64,000 nt of DNA from Vicinamibacterales bacterium (GCA_965200895.1 CBDAVM010000001.1:2066287-2130286), one strand, 5' to 3'; shown: positions 31,370-41,423, numbered from the stretch's first letter. Notes: a model not told the origin generated them from the sequence alone. Translations and numbers: made by a program.

Positions 31370-31385
31370 GACCGTATTATGACGC

Positions 31386-32537
31386 ATGCCGACCCTGCGC
31401 GCGTTCTGCGATACGCAATACGACTGGTTGCTCCGCGTACTGACGGAGCTGGTGCGTCTGGAGTCTCCCACCACCGATCCCGTGGCGGTCGATCGCTGCG
31501 GCGAGCGGCTGGCGGAGCACCTGCGGGCGATCGGGGGGACAGTCGAGCGGATCCCGTCGTCCACAAGCGGCGCGCACCTGCGCGCGGCCTTCGGGCCCGC
31601 GCCGCCGGCGCGGCAGGTCATGCTGCTCGGGCACTTCGATACCGTCTGGCCGGTCGGACAGATCGAGCGGATGCCGCTGCGCGAGGCACAGGGCCGCCTG
31701 TACGGGCCGGGCGTGTTCGACATGAAGGCGGGCGTCGTCATCGGGATGCTCGCGGTGCGGGCCCTGGCTGCGGCCGGGCGGCTGACCGACACACGCGTCG
31801 TCATGCTGTGGACGGCGGACGAGGAGCGGGGCAGCCGTTCGTCCCGGGGGCTGGTCGAGGAGGAGGCCCGTCGCAGCAGCGCGGTCTTCGTGCTGGAGCC
31901 GGCGCTGCCCGGCGGGGCGGTCAAGACCGGCCGCAAGGGCTGCGGAGAGTTCGAGCTGCGTGTGCGTGGGATCCCTGCCCACGCCGGCATCGATCCGACG
32001 CGGGGCGCGAGCGCCACCGACGAGCTGGCGGCGCAGATTGGCGCGGTCGGGAAACTCCGTGACCGCGAGCGCGGGCTGACGCTGAACGTCGGGGTCATCG
32101 AGGGGGGCGACCGCCCCAACGTCGTGGCCGAGCACGCACGGGCCATCATCGACGCCCGCGCCGCGACGATGGAGGATGCCCGCCGGATCGAGCGGGACAT
32201 GCAGGCGCTGCGGCCGCTGCTCGACGGGACGAGCCTCGAGGTCTCCGGCGGGTTCTCCCGGCCGCCGTTCGAACGCACGCCGGGAGTGGCCCGCCTCTAT
32301 GAGGTCGCCCGGTCGGTAGCGGCCGGGATGGGGCGGGAACTCGGCGAAGGGTCGACCGGCGGCGGCTCGGACGGGAACTTCACCGGCGCGCTCGGCGTCC
32401 CTACTCTCGACGGCCTGGGTGCGGTGGGCGACGGGGCGCATGCGCTCGACGAGCACGTCGTCACCGCCGATCTGACGTGGCGGGCCGCGCTGCTGGCCGG
32501 ACTCGTCGCGCACTCCGGCCGGGAGTCTGCGCCGTAG
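31386..32537 (+). CDS. M20-family metallopeptidase (carboxypeptidase G2-like)
   Basis: Motifs LLGHFDTVW, GPGVFDMKAG, ADEERGS, GGGSDGNF, DGAHALDE. Confidence 0.85.
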   Translation: MPTLRAFCDTQYDWLLRVLTELVRLESPTTDPVAVDRCGERLAEHLRAIGGTVERIPSSTSGAHLRAAFGPAPPARQVMLLGHFDTVWPVGQIERMPLREAQGRLYGPGVFDMKAGVVIGMLAVRALAAAGRLTDTRVVMLWTADEERGSRSSRGLVEEEARRSSAVFVLEPALPGGAVKTGRKGCGEFELRVRGIPAHAGIDPTRGASATDELAAQIGAVGKLRDRERGLTLNVGVIEGGDRPNVVAEHARAIIDARAATMEDARRIERDMQALRPLLDGTSLEVSGGFSRPPFERTPGVARLYEVARSVAAGMGRELGEGSTGGGSDGNFTGALGVPTLDGLGAVGDGAHALDEHVVTADLTWRAALLAGLVAHSGRESAP

Positions 32538-32624
32538 AAGCGGTGCCGCTTCTGGTCAGGCCCGGTTGGGCGGGCCGCGGAGCCGTGCGACGGGTTCGGC
32601 GCTAGAATGGGACAGGAGGATCGC

Positions 32625-33461
32625 ATGGGGAACACGATAAAGACAGTCTTGTTGCTCGGTCTGCTGAGCGGTCTGCTCCTGGCCCTCGGGGAGTGGCTCG
32701 GCGGCGCGAGCGGACTGATGATCGCTTTCGTCATCGCCGTGGTGATGAACTTCGGCTCGTACTGGTTCTCCGACCGCATCGTGCTCAGGATGTACAGCGC
32801 GCAGCCGGTCGGCCCGGAGCATCCGCTCCACGCGATGACCGCCCGTCTGGCGCAGCGCGCGAACCTGCCCATGCCGAAGGTCTACGTCATCGAGGACGAC
32901 TCGCCCAACGCTTTCGCCACCGGAAGGAACCCGCGGCATGCGGCGGTGGCGGCGACGACGGGCCTGCTGCGCTTCCTCGACGAGCCCGAGATCGAGGGCG
33001 TGATCGCCCATGAGCTGGCCCACGTGAAGCACCGCGACATTCTCATCAGCTCGGTCGCCGCAACGGTGGCCGCCACCATCATGATGGTGTCCCGCATGGC
33101 GCAGTTCGCGGCCATCTTCGGCGGCTTCGGGCGGGACGACGAAGAGGGTTCGAATCCCCTGGCTCTGCTGGCCACGATCATCGTCGCGCCGTTGGCGGCG
33201 ATGCTGATCCAGGCGGCCATCTCCCGCTCCCGGGAGTTCGCGGCGGACCGCGGGGCGGTGGCCATCGCCGGCAATCCGTACGGCCTGGCCGGCGCACTGA
33301 AGAAGATCGATGCCGCTCAGCAGCGGATCCCGCTGGATGCGAATCCGGCCACCGCACACATGTTCATCATGATGCCGCTGTCGGGCCGCGGCCTGCTGTC
33401 GCTCTTCAGCACCCATCCGCCGACCCAGCAGCGCATCCGCGCGCTGCTGGGAACAATCTGA
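32625..33461 (+). CDS. htpX: zinc metalloprotease HtpX
   Basis: ATG 32625 follows AGGAGGA (ATG 32607 is an alternative). It has HELAHV (HExxH), NAFATG and STHPP. Confidence 0.9.
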   Translation: MGNTIKTVLLLGLLSGLLLALGEWLGGASGLMIAFVIAVVMNFGSYWFSDRIVLRMYSAQPVGPEHPLHAMTARLAQRANLPMPKVYVIEDDSPNAFATGRNPRHAAVAATTGLLRFLDEPEIEGVIAHELAHVKHRDILISSVAATVAATIMMVSRMAQFAAIFGGFGRDDEEGSNPLALLATIIVAPLAAMLIQAAISRSREFAADRGAVAIAGNPYGLAGALKKIDAAQQRIPLDANPATAHMFIMMPLSGRGLLSLFSTHPPTQQRIRALLGTI

Positions 33462-33514
33462 TCGGCGGCTGCGCGTCCGGACGACAAGGGGTGACGGTTT
33501 CGGGCGGGGCGGAC

Positions 33515-34483
33515 TCAGTCGACGGAGGCGCGCCGGTCTTCGAGGAGGTCGCGGAGGGTCTCGCGCAGTGAGAGGCGAGGCTCCCAGCCCACAGCGGCCG
33601 TGATCAGTGTCCGGTCGCCGCACAGAACCGGGTAGTCGCTCGGACGGAGGCGCGCCGGGTCGACCTGCACCTCGATGGGGACGCGCGCCTGGGTGAGAAG
33701 CTCCGCGAGGACATCGCTCATGGGGTGGGCCCGGCCGGAGCAGACGTTGTAGACGCCGCCGGCTGCGCCCCGCTCCATCAGCGCACGGTAGGCGCGCACC
33801 GTATCCCGCACATCCAGCAGGTCGCGGCGGGCATCCAGGTTGCCCACGCGCAGGGTCGGCTCCGCGCGGCCGGCCTCGATGCGTGCGATCTGGTGGGCGA
33901 AGCTCGATGCGGCGTACGACACATCCTGGCCCGGGCCGATGTGCGTGAAGGAACGCGTCAGCAGAACCCCCAGGCCCTCGGCGGCGTAGCGCGCCGCGAG
34001 CATTTCCTGCGCCAGCTTGCTCAGACCGTAGGGGCTGATCGGACCGAGCCTGCCGCGCTCATCCAGTGGGCCGTCATGGGGACGATAGACGAGCGCGGAC
34101 CCGGGCACGAGAACGCGGGCGACAGGCGCATGGCGCTCGACGGCCGCGAGGAGGTGCTCGGTTCCGAGCACGTTGGTTCGCAGCGTCGAGAGGCGGTCGT
34201 TCCAGGAGCCAGCGACGGCGGCGACGCCGGCGCAGTGATAGATCTGTTGCGGTTGCAGTTCCGCGACGGCGCGGTCGACGGCATCACGTTCGAGTACGTC
34301 GACCTGCTGCAGGGTCGTCCTGCCGCGCCCGAGGTGGGCCGACCGGCGGTGTCGATTGCCGCTGGTCGGATCCGGACGCAGCCAGCCGACGACCTCGGCG
34401 GCGGGCTGCTCGTCGAGGAGCAGCGAGACGAGGTGGCCGCCCACGAAGCCGGTCGCGCCCGTCACCAGCACGCGTTCAGCCAT
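33515..34483 (-). CDS. NAD-dependent sugar-nucleotide epimerase/reductase (GDP-4-dehydro-6-deoxy-D-mannose reductase-like)
   Basis: It has VLVTGATGFVGGHL (Rossmann) and the SPYGLSK catalytic YxxxK. It lies immediately downstream of lptD on the same strand. Confidence 0.75.
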   Translation of the reverse strand: MAERVLVTGATGFVGGHLVSLLLDEQPAAEVVGWLRPDPTSGNRHRRSAHLGRGRTTLQQVDVLERDAVDRAVAELQPQQIYHCAGVAAVAGSWNDRLSTLRTNVLGTEHLLAAVERHAPVARVLVPGSALVYRPHDGPLDERGRLGPISPYGLSKLAQEMLAARYAAEGLGVLLTRSFTHIGPGQDVSYAASSFAHQIARIEAGRAEPTLRVGNLDARRDLLDVRDTVRAYRALMERGAAGGVYNVCSGRAHPMSDVLAELLTQARVPIEVQVDPARLRPSDYPVLCGDRTLITAAVGWEPRLSLRETLRDLLEDRRASVD

Positions 34484-34522
34484 CGCGCTCCGGTCCTGCC
34501 CGCCCGCTGCGGCGCGCGCCCA

Positions 34523-37063
34523 CTACCGGTAGCGCCCCCCGCCTGCGTCGCCGAAGTTGTTGGTGAACGTGCCCAGTCCGGCGAGCGTGAACGACAGCGT
34601 GATGCGGCGATCCTGCTCGACGAGCGCCCGTGTGCCGAGTCCCTGGAAGTTGAAGACCTGGTAGTCCACTCGTACCCCGCAGCACTGCGCGTTGTAGTAC
34701 ACCCGGATCATCTGGGCCAGAAACCGGCCCCTCCGGATGTCGTAGTTGAAGTCGTACAGGCCGCCGAACGTGTTGTCCGAGTTTCGGAACGACGTCCTCG
34801 AGTTGATGTAGTTGTCGAGCCGCGCCGGATTGTCGAATCCGGGGAGCCCTTCGATGAAGCGGCGCTGACTCCAGCCGCCGCTCGTCGCGATCCAGCCGCC
34901 GAGCTCGTAGCTTCCCTCGGCGGAGATGGTCCGGATTGCCCGACCACGCATCAGGGGGAAGTACGCCCGGCGTCCCAGGTCCGGGTCGAACTCCATGCGC
35001 AGCGTGCCGCCGATGTTCTGGGTGGGCTCGGTGCGCACCACGAGGGACAACGGCGAGAAGTTGCTCGGCGGCGTCCCGCTGAAGCTCGTGCGGAAGCTGC
35101 GATCGAACTGCGCGGCCCGCGAGTCGGTGTAGTAGCTCTGCGTCAGCGAGGCGGACAGGATCTCGCGGGCGACCGACTGCGGGCCGCCCTCGAAGACCCT
35201 CGCATACAGACGGGTGTCCAGACCGTACTCGTACTCGACGACGTTGCCCACAATCGAGTCGATACCCTCGATGCGGACGATCCGGTCGAAATTGTCGATG
35301 GCGCTGACGCGCGAGACGCCCACCCAGGGCTCGATGAGGTGCTTCATCCGCTCGGAGTAGCCGCTGTTCGGCGTGTCCCAGATCTTGATGAAGGACGGAC
35401 CGGTCGCGCGGGTGGACACTTCGAAGAATTGCCGGCCCACCCCGACGTCGACCTGGTTTCTGTCGACGATGCTCTCGTCCCACCAGGTGGCGCGCCAGGC
35501 CGCCCGGCTGTCGATCTTGAGGAACGGCCAGCGGTTGAACGGAAACTGCAGCACGGGGTACAGATCGAACCGGCGGAGTCCCGCGTCCACCTCGTTCAGC
35601 ACGCCGTCCCGCTCCCGGCGCGACCTGCGCAGCAGGCTGGCGTACTCGGCGTCGAAGGAGAAGTACAGCGGAGTTCCGAACAGCTCGGTCTTGCCCTGCC
35701 CGAAACCGATGCGCGGGCCGGCGCCGTTGAGCGCCGCGTCGGTGCCGAAGAAGGTCTCGTTGTAGTCGTAGGTGCTGCTCAGCTCGAAGTCGCCCACCGG
35801 GCCGCTCAGGTTGCCCGACATCGAGCGGCGGGAGTTGGAGGCGTCGAAGACGTTGGTGTGGTACGTCTGGCGGACGGTGATGTCGGTGAAGTAGTCGATC
35901 TGGGCGCGCGCGGTCCAGTCCGCCGGCAGTCCCTGCCGGACGTCCCCGCGGTACTCGTCGCTCAACCGCGCGTCGCGCGTGCGGGTGCCCCCGGCGTACG
36001 GGATCTCGGCTTCCGGCTCGTTGAGGCGGTACACACGAAAACGACCCTGCGACCCGTTGCCGCGCGTGTAGCGGTACTCCGCCCCGTGGCCGTCGCCGCC
36101 GTGCTGCATGAACTTGTCGTAGTAGAAGGTGGTGTCCTGGCTCCGGTCGATCGCCCAGAAAAAGGCGTTGCTGAGGCTCGATCCCTGGTAGCGCGACGCC
36201 CCGTACGTCGGCATCAGGAACCCCGTCGCCCGGCCGTCCTCCTGGATCGGGTAGTACATGCCCGGCAGGTAGAAGACCGGGACGCCCTTGACCTTGAGAA
36301 TCATGTTCACCAGCAGCGCGTAGCTGTCGAGATTGAGCGTGAAGGATGTGGCTACGAGTTGCCAGCGCGGCGTCGGCTGAAGGCAGCTCGTGAAGGCGCC
36401 CTTCGTTATCTTGTACGTCCGCGGTCCGGTCCGTTCGATCATCTGGCCATGGAAGAGCAGGTCCGGCTCCTGCGTGCCGAACATGCTGCGGTCGACTTCG
36501 TCGCCCAGGTCGATCCAGCCGTAGGCTTCGTGAAAGACGGCCCGCTGGTCGACCGTCCGGTACTCCACCCGGTCCGCCGAGAGTCGGACCTCGGGGGCGG
36601 AGAAGACGACGTCGCCGGAGGCGACGAGGCGCGCCGTCGGCGTTCCGTTCTCCTCGTCGGCTGCGTTGTCGGTACGGGTCCACGCGCGGTCGGAGTCGGT
36701 CTCCGGACCGCCGGGCGAATCCGCGTCGGGCGAGTCCGCGTCCGGGTCCGCGGACGTCCCCAGGTAGACGTCCACCTGGTCGGCGTACAGGTCGAATCCG
36801 TCGCCTTCGATGAACACCTCGCCGGTCAGGCGCAGGTGGTCACCGCTCACCATGTCGATCGTGAACTGCTTGTGGTCGAACGGCAGGAGCGGGATGAGCT
36901 GCGCGGTCGCCGCGTTCGGCAGCAGCATGGTCGTCAGCAGCCCGGCCAGAGGAAGCCGCGCCCACCGGCGCTCCCTTGACAGCCCGTGGCGAAGGTCCCC
37001 GCGGCATTCGAGCGGCGATGCATCCCGCCTGGACTGCGTTGTTCGTCGGTTACAGATGCTCAA
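34523..37063 (-). CDS. lptD: LPS-assembly outer-membrane protein LptD; start codon uncertain (ATG 37063 inside the repeat, or ATG 36928)
   Basis: Signal-like RERRWARLPLAGLLTTMLLPNAATAQ, an N-terminal OstA-like region (LTGEVFIEGDGFDLYADQV, ASGDVVF), then a long beta-barrel with FLMPTYG. The linker contains a short DADSPDADSP tandem. Confidence 0.85.
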   Translation of the reverse strand: MSICNRRTTQSRRDASPLECRGDLRHGLSRERRWARLPLAGLLTTMLLPNAATAQLIPLLPFDHKQFTIDMVSGDHLRLTGEVFIEGDGFDLYADQVDVYLGTSADPDADSPDADSPGGPETDSDRAWTRTDNAADEENGTPTARLVASGDVVFSAPEVRLSADRVEYRTVDQRAVFHEAYGWIDLGDEVDRSMFGTQEPDLLFHGQMIERTGPRTYKITKGAFTSCLQPTPRWQLVATSFTLNLDSYALLVNMILKVKGVPVFYLPGMYYPIQEDGRATGFLMPTYGASRYQGSSLSNAFFWAIDRSQDTTFYYDKFMQHGGDGHGAEYRYTRGNGSQGRFRVYRLNEPEAEIPYAGGTRTRDARLSDEYRGDVRQGLPADWTARAQIDYFTDITVRQTYHTNVFDASNSRRSMSGNLSGPVGDFELSSTYDYNETFFGTDAALNGAGPRIGFGQGKTELFGTPLYFSFDAEYASLLRRSRRERDGVLNEVDAGLRRFDLYPVLQFPFNRWPFLKIDSRAAWRATWWDESIVDRNQVDVGVGRQFFEVSTRATGPSFIKIWDTPNSGYSERMKHLIEPWVGVSRVSAIDNFDRIVRIEGIDSIVGNVVEYEYGLDTRLYARVFEGGPQSVAREILSASLTQSYYTDSRAAQFDRSFRTSFSGTPPSNFSPLSLVVRTEPTQNIGGTLRMEFDPDLGRRAYFPLMRGRAIRTISAEGSYELGGWIATSGGWSQRRFIEGLPGFDNPARLDNYINSRTSFRNSDNTFGGLYDFNYDIRRGRFLAQMIRVYYNAQCCGVRVDYQVFNFQGLGTRALVEQDRRITLSFTLAGLGTFTNNFGDAGGGRYR

Positions 37064-37139
37064 TATGCGCCCTCCTCACGCCTTGCCAGGCGGGCGCCTC
37101 GCCGCTTTCGGTGCTCGCCGGGGATTCCACCACGGACTG
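36980..37139. repeat. palindromic MITE-like / structured repeat, copy B
   Basis: Same arms as 18646..18793 and same orientation. The central ~37 nt is unrelated to copy A, and there is a 9-nt insertion (CCGCTTTCG) in the 3' arm. Confidence 0.6.
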
Positions 37140-37209
37140 TTGCCGTCGAGCCGGCGCCGCAGGGTTCGGCCGCCGGCTTCCTGGACTTCGCGCATCCGCA
37201 ACCTGAATT

Positions 37210-38565
37210 CTACTCCTCCGCCCGGTCGGTCCCGGGGCCGAGCTCGCCGCGATCGAGCGCCTGCAGGATCTCACCGACGAGGTGGACGGACCCGGCGACC
37301 CCCGCGACCGGGCCGGTCCGCCAGGCGGAGAAGAGGGCCGCCACCGGCGAGTCCGCCGCTTCGACGGGAACGTCGCACCGGCCGGCCCGCGCCGCCGCGA
37401 GCAGATCGGCCACCGGTCTTGCGCGGGGACTGGCGATGGAGACGCAGATGATCCGGTTCGCGGCGCTCCCGAGCGCGTCGAGCATGCCGCTGACGTCCTT
37501 GTCGGCGAGGGCGCCGAACACGAAGGGCAGGCCCGACGGATAGGCCCCGGCGACCCAGGCGCCGAGGGCCGCCGCGGCGGCCACGTTGTGGGCCGGGTCG
37601 AGCAGCATGCGGCGGCCGGGCGCGCAGTCGACCAGCTCGAGGCGGCCGCGCCAGCGCACGTCGGCCAGCGCGCGCTCGATCGCGGCGCGCCGGATGCGGA
37701 TGCCCGCCGGCGCCAGCTCCTCCAGCAGGCGCACGGCTACCGCCGCGTTGCGGAGCTGATGGCGGCCTCGCAGGGCGAGGATCAAGGGTCCGTAGCGGGC
37801 GCGGGGGGTCTCGAGGGCCGCGACGCGGATCCGGCCGCACTCCTCCCGCCACCGCACGACCGCATCCCTGCCTGCGTCGACGAACCTTGCGCCGCGGTCG
37901 GCCGCCTCCCGGCGCAGCACGTCACTGGCCTCGGGTTTCTCCTCGGCGCTGACGATGAACGCGCCCGGTTTGATGACGCCGGCCTTCTCGAAGGCGATCT
38001 CGGCGAGCGTGGTGCCGAGTTGCTGCTGATGATCGAGATCGATGGACGGGATGGCGGCGCCCAGCGCCCGGACCACGTTCGTGGCGTCGAAGCGGCCGCC
38101 CATGCCCACCTCCAGCACGGCGACCTCGACCCGGCGCCGACGGAAGAGTGACAGCGCCAGCGCGGTCGTCGCCTCGAAGAACGTCGGCGGGTGGGCGAGC
38201 CGCCCGGATGCGCGGAGCCGCTCGACCGTATCGCGGATGGTGGCTGCTTCCCCCGCGAGCGCGTCGTCGTCGACCGGGCGGCCGTCGACCGCGAAGCGCT
38301 CGTTGAGGCGGATCAGATGCGGCGACGTGTAGAGGCCGGTGGAATACCCGGCCGCGCGCAGCCCGTGCTCCACCATGGCCGCGACGGAGCCCTTGCCGTT
38401 GGTTCCGGCGATCAGAACGGAGCGGAAGCGCCGGTCAGGATGCTCGAGCGCCGCGTTGAGCGTGTGCATGTTGTCGAGCCCGAGCTTGATGCCGAACCGC
38501 TGCAGACCGAAGAGGTACGCCAGCGGGTCGCTGGTCGGGGGAGCGGCGGGGGACTGGCGAACCAT
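37210..38565 (-). CDS. folC: bifunctional folylpolyglutamate synthase / dihydrofolate synthase
   Basis: Motifs IAGTNGKGS, YTSPHL, LEVGMGGRFDATN, DPAHN. Confidence 0.9.
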   Translation of the reverse strand: MVRQSPAAPPTSDPLAYLFGLQRFGIKLGLDNMHTLNAALEHPDRRFRSVLIAGTNGKGSVAAMVEHGLRAAGYSTGLYTSPHLIRLNERFAVDGRPVDDDALAGEAATIRDTVERLRASGRLAHPPTFFEATTALALSLFRRRRVEVAVLEVGMGGRFDATNVVRALGAAIPSIDLDHQQQLGTTLAEIAFEKAGVIKPGAFIVSAEEKPEASDVLRREAADRGARFVDAGRDAVVRWREECGRIRVAALETPRARYGPLILALRGRHQLRNAAVAVRLLEELAPAGIRIRRAAIERALADVRWRGRLELVDCAPGRRMLLDPAHNVAAAAALGAWVAGAYPSGLPFVFGALADKDVSGMLDALGSAANRIICVSIASPRARPVADLLAAARAGRCDVPVEAADSPVAALFSAWRTGPVAGVAGSVHLVGEILQALDRGELGPGTDRAEE

Positions 38566-38591
38566 GCCGTGGGGCGGCCGCGGCGACGCTG

Positions 38592-39236
38592 CTACGGGGC
38601 GGCCGTCCGCGGCACGTAGTAGCGTGTCCGGCTGCCCATTCCCTCGACCTGCCGCAAGAGATCATCGAGTGCGTTCGCACTCCACGCCAGGTCGGACTCG
38701 GACATTTCCACCACGAGCAGCGGCGCCGCCGTGTAGTGGAAGAAAAAATGGTGGTACGCCTCGTTCAGCTCGTCGAGATAGCGGTCGTCCGGCCCCGCCG
38801 AGGTCGAGTCCGCCGCTTCCCGGGCGCGCGCCCGCTGCCGCAGGAGGTCCGTGGGCGTCTGCAGATAGATTACGAGATCAGGTGTGACAACGTCCGGGGC
38901 CAGCAGGTCGAAGAGCCGTTGGTAGATGAAGAGCTCGTTGTCGTCGAGATTCAGATACGCGTAGATCTTGTCCTTGTCGAACAGGTAGTCGGAGACGGTC
39001 AGCCGATGGAAGAGATCGGACTGGCGCAACGTGATCTGCTGTCGGTGCCGCGCCAGCAACGAGAAGAGCTGGGCCTGGAAGGCCGCGCCGGCGCGGCCCG
39101 CGTAGAAGTCGGCGAGAAACGGATTCTCCGTATCGTCGAGCACGACCGTTGCGTCCAGCCGGTCCGCGAGGCGTTCGGTGAGGGCGCACTTGCCGGCGGC
39201 GATGGGACCCTCGATCGCGATATGCCGGTATTCCAC
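38592..39236 (-). CDS. deoxynucleoside kinase
   Basis: Last part of ORF 38592..40487. GTG 39236 (or ATG 39263) gives VEYRHIAIEGPIAAGK (P-loop), NPFL..FY, DYLF.KD..YA. The rest of the long ORF is antisense shadow of 39267..41423. Confidence 0.8.
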   Translation of the reverse strand: MEYRHIAIEGPIAAGKCALTERLADRLDATVVLDDTENPFLADFYAGRAGAAFQAQLFSLLARHRQQITLRQSDLFHRLTVSDYLFDKDKIYAYLNLDDNELFIYQRLFDLLAPDVVTPDLVIYLQTPTDLLRQRARAREAADSTSAGPDDRYLDELNEAYHHFFFHYTAAPLLVVEMSESDLAWSANALDDLLRQVEGMGSRTRYYVPRTAAP

Positions 39237-39266
39237 GCTGGCCGAGTATAGACAAAGCCACATGCT

Positions 39267-41423
39267 ATGATCGCTCCTCTCTCCCCTGCCATCCGCATGT
39301 CGCGCCTGTCGCTGTCCGCCTGTCTCGTCCTGGTCGCGGGGTGCGTGGCCACGCCGCCTGCTGTGGTGCCCACGCCGCTGGCGCCGCCGGATCCCCTGTC
39401 CTGGATTCTGCGGCTGGAGGACGAGCGGCGGCTCGCCGACCCGGCGCCGGCGGCCGCTCCCGGCGTGAGCGCGGCCACGGTGTCGCCGGCTGGCGCATCC
39501 CCCCTGCGGCCGGACCTGCTGGCCCTGCTCGAAGCGCCGCAGGCGTACCTGCGGCGCCGGGCGGCGCTCGCCGTTGGACGGGTCGGGCTGGTCGACGGCG
39601 TCGAGGCGCTGGTCGCGCGCCTCGCCGAGGATGCGGAGGTCGAGGTGCGCCAGATGGCGGCTTTCGGCCTGGGCCTGATCGGTGATGACAGCGCCACGGA
39701 CGCTCTGGTCGACGCGCTCGAAGATCCTGCGGTCAAGGTGCAGGGCCGCGCCGCGCAGGCCCTCGGTCTGCTCGGGGCGCGGTCGGCCGCAACGGCGGTC
39801 GGAGCGCTGGTCCGTCGCCACGCGGCGTCCGCGTTCGACCTGGATCCGGACGATCTGACGCATCCGCAGAGCGACGAGGTCGAGGCGTTCCGTCTCGGTC
39901 TGTACGCGCTCGCCGAGCTGCGGGCGTTCGAGCCGCTTGCCGCGGCCGTGCTCACCGAGGAAGGCCGCCCGCTGCTCTGGTGGTGGCCGGTGGCCTATGC
40001 GCTCGGGCGGACCGAAGATCAGCGCGCCCTGCCGGCGCTGGTGACGCTGGCCGGCGTGCAGGGGAGCATCGGCGTGGCGCTGGCTGCGGAAGGGCTCGGG
40101 ATGCTGGGGGATCCGGGCGGGGTCGCGGCGCTCGAGGATCTGCTCAGCATCGAGCGCCGTGATCGGCGCGTCGTGATCAGCGCCCTGCGCGCCCTGGGGT
40201 CCATCGATGATCCGGCTGCCGTGGCGGCGCTGGACCGCTTCGTCCGCATCAGGGCGCTCGACGACCAGCTTCGGCGAGTCGCGGTCGAGGCGCTTGCGAA
40301 CCACGCGGGCGATGCGTCGGTCGAGGTGTTCGTGGAGTTGATGGGGCATCCCTGGGCGCCGCTGCGGGCCGCGTCCGTTCTGACGCTCTCGCGGATTGAC
40401 CCCCAGCGGTTCCTGTTCGTGCTGTCCGGTCTCGGCTCGGATCCCGATTGGCGCGTCCGGGCAGCGGTCGCCGAGGGCCTCGGGCATGTGGACCCGTCAG
40501 CCGGCCGGATCGCACTGACGGCCATGCTTGCCGACGCGGATCAGCGGGTCCATCCGGCCGTGCTGGAGGCGCTCGTCGCCGGATCGGCGCCGGGGGCTCC
40601 GGACGTGCTGCTGGAGTGGCTGACCGGGCCCGACGTCGTCGTTCGCGGTACTGCCGCGCGCCTGCTGGGTGAACTGCGGCCGCCGGGAGCCGAGGCGGCG
40701 TTGATTGCCGCCTACGATGCGGCCGAGCCGGACGCGTCGTTCTTCGCGCGCGCGGCGATAGTCGACGCGCTGGCCGAGTACCGCGGTGACGAGGTGCTGG
40801 ACACGCTCCGCCGGGCGCTCGGGGATCGGGACCGGGTGGTCCGCGTCCGAGCGGCGGAGCACCTTGCACGGCTGGAGCCGGGAGCGACCCCCGCCGGTGA
40901 CAGCGGTCCCGCGCCGGGACAGCGCCGGGTGGATCACGCTTCTCCCCACCTGACACGTCCCCCCTTCTCGCCGCGCGTATACGTCGAGACGGGCCGTGGC
41001 ACCATCGAGATCGAGCTGGCGGTGCTGGATGCGCCGCTGACGGCGGACAGCTTCACCGTACTCGCCCGACAGGGTTTCTTCGACGGGCTGACATTCCATC
41101 GAGTGGTTCCGGCCGAGGCCGTATACGGCGGGGATCCGCGGAGCGACGGCAGGGGAGGCCCCGGATTCACGCTGCGCGACGAGCCGAACCAGTTGCCGTT
41201 TCTGCGGGGTACGGTCGGGCTGGCGCGTGATCAGGCGGATGCGGGGGGCAGCCGGTTCTTCATCACGCAGGCGCCGCAGCCCCAGCGCGACGGCCGCCAG
41301 ACGGCGTTCGGGCGGGTCGTCGCGGGGATGGAGGTCGTCGACGCCCTGCGGACCGGCGACCGGATCGAACGAGTCCTCGTATGGGACGGCGTGCAGCCGT
41401 TGACCGGCTCGGACGGACCCTGA
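39267..41423 (+). CDS. lipoprotein with HEAT-like repeats fused to a C-terminal cyclophilin-type peptidyl-prolyl isomerase
   Basis: Lipobox LVLVAGC. Many units resemble RRRAALAVGRVGLVDGVEALVARLAEDAEVEVRQMAAFGLGLIGD. The C-terminus reads VYVETGRGTIEIEL...FFDGLTFHRVVP...YGGDP...GGPGFTLRDE...RGTVGLAR...GSRFFIT. Confidence 0.8.
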   Translation: MIAPLSPAIRMSRLSLSACLVLVAGCVATPPAVVPTPLAPPDPLSWILRLEDERRLADPAPAAAPGVSAATVSPAGASPLRPDLLALLEAPQAYLRRRAALAVGRVGLVDGVEALVARLAEDAEVEVRQMAAFGLGLIGDDSATDALVDALEDPAVKVQGRAAQALGLLGARSAATAVGALVRRHAASAFDLDPDDLTHPQSDEVEAFRLGLYALAELRAFEPLAAAVLTEEGRPLLWWWPVAYALGRTEDQRALPALVTLAGVQGSIGVALAAEGLGMLGDPGGVAALEDLLSIERRDRRVVISALRALGSIDDPAAVAALDRFVRIRALDDQLRRVAVEALANHAGDASVEVFVELMGHPWAPLRAASVLTLSRIDPQRFLFVLSGLGSDPDWRVRAAVAEGLGHVDPSAGRIALTAMLADADQRVHPAVLEALVAGSAPGAPDVLLEWLTGPDVVVRGTAARLLGELRPPGAEAALIAAYDAAEPDASFFARAAIVDALAEYRGDEVLDTLRRALGDRDRVVRVRAAEHLARLEPGATPAGDSGPAPGQRRVDHASPHLTRPPFSPRVYVETGRGTIEIELAVLDAPLTADSFTVLARQGFFDGLTFHRVVPAEAVYGGDPRSDGRGGPGFTLRDEPNQLPFLRGTVGLARDQADAGGSRFFITQAPQPQRDGRQTAFGRVVAGMEVVDALRTGDRIERVLVWDGVQPLTGSDGP

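Noticed and set aside
31370-31385. 16-bp gap between divergent genes 30821..31369(-) and 31386..32537(+), considered as a shared regulatory palindrome.
   Set aside because: It is too short to evaluate and has no clear symmetry. The promoters must lie inside the neighbouring coding regions, which is unremarkable in a compact genome.
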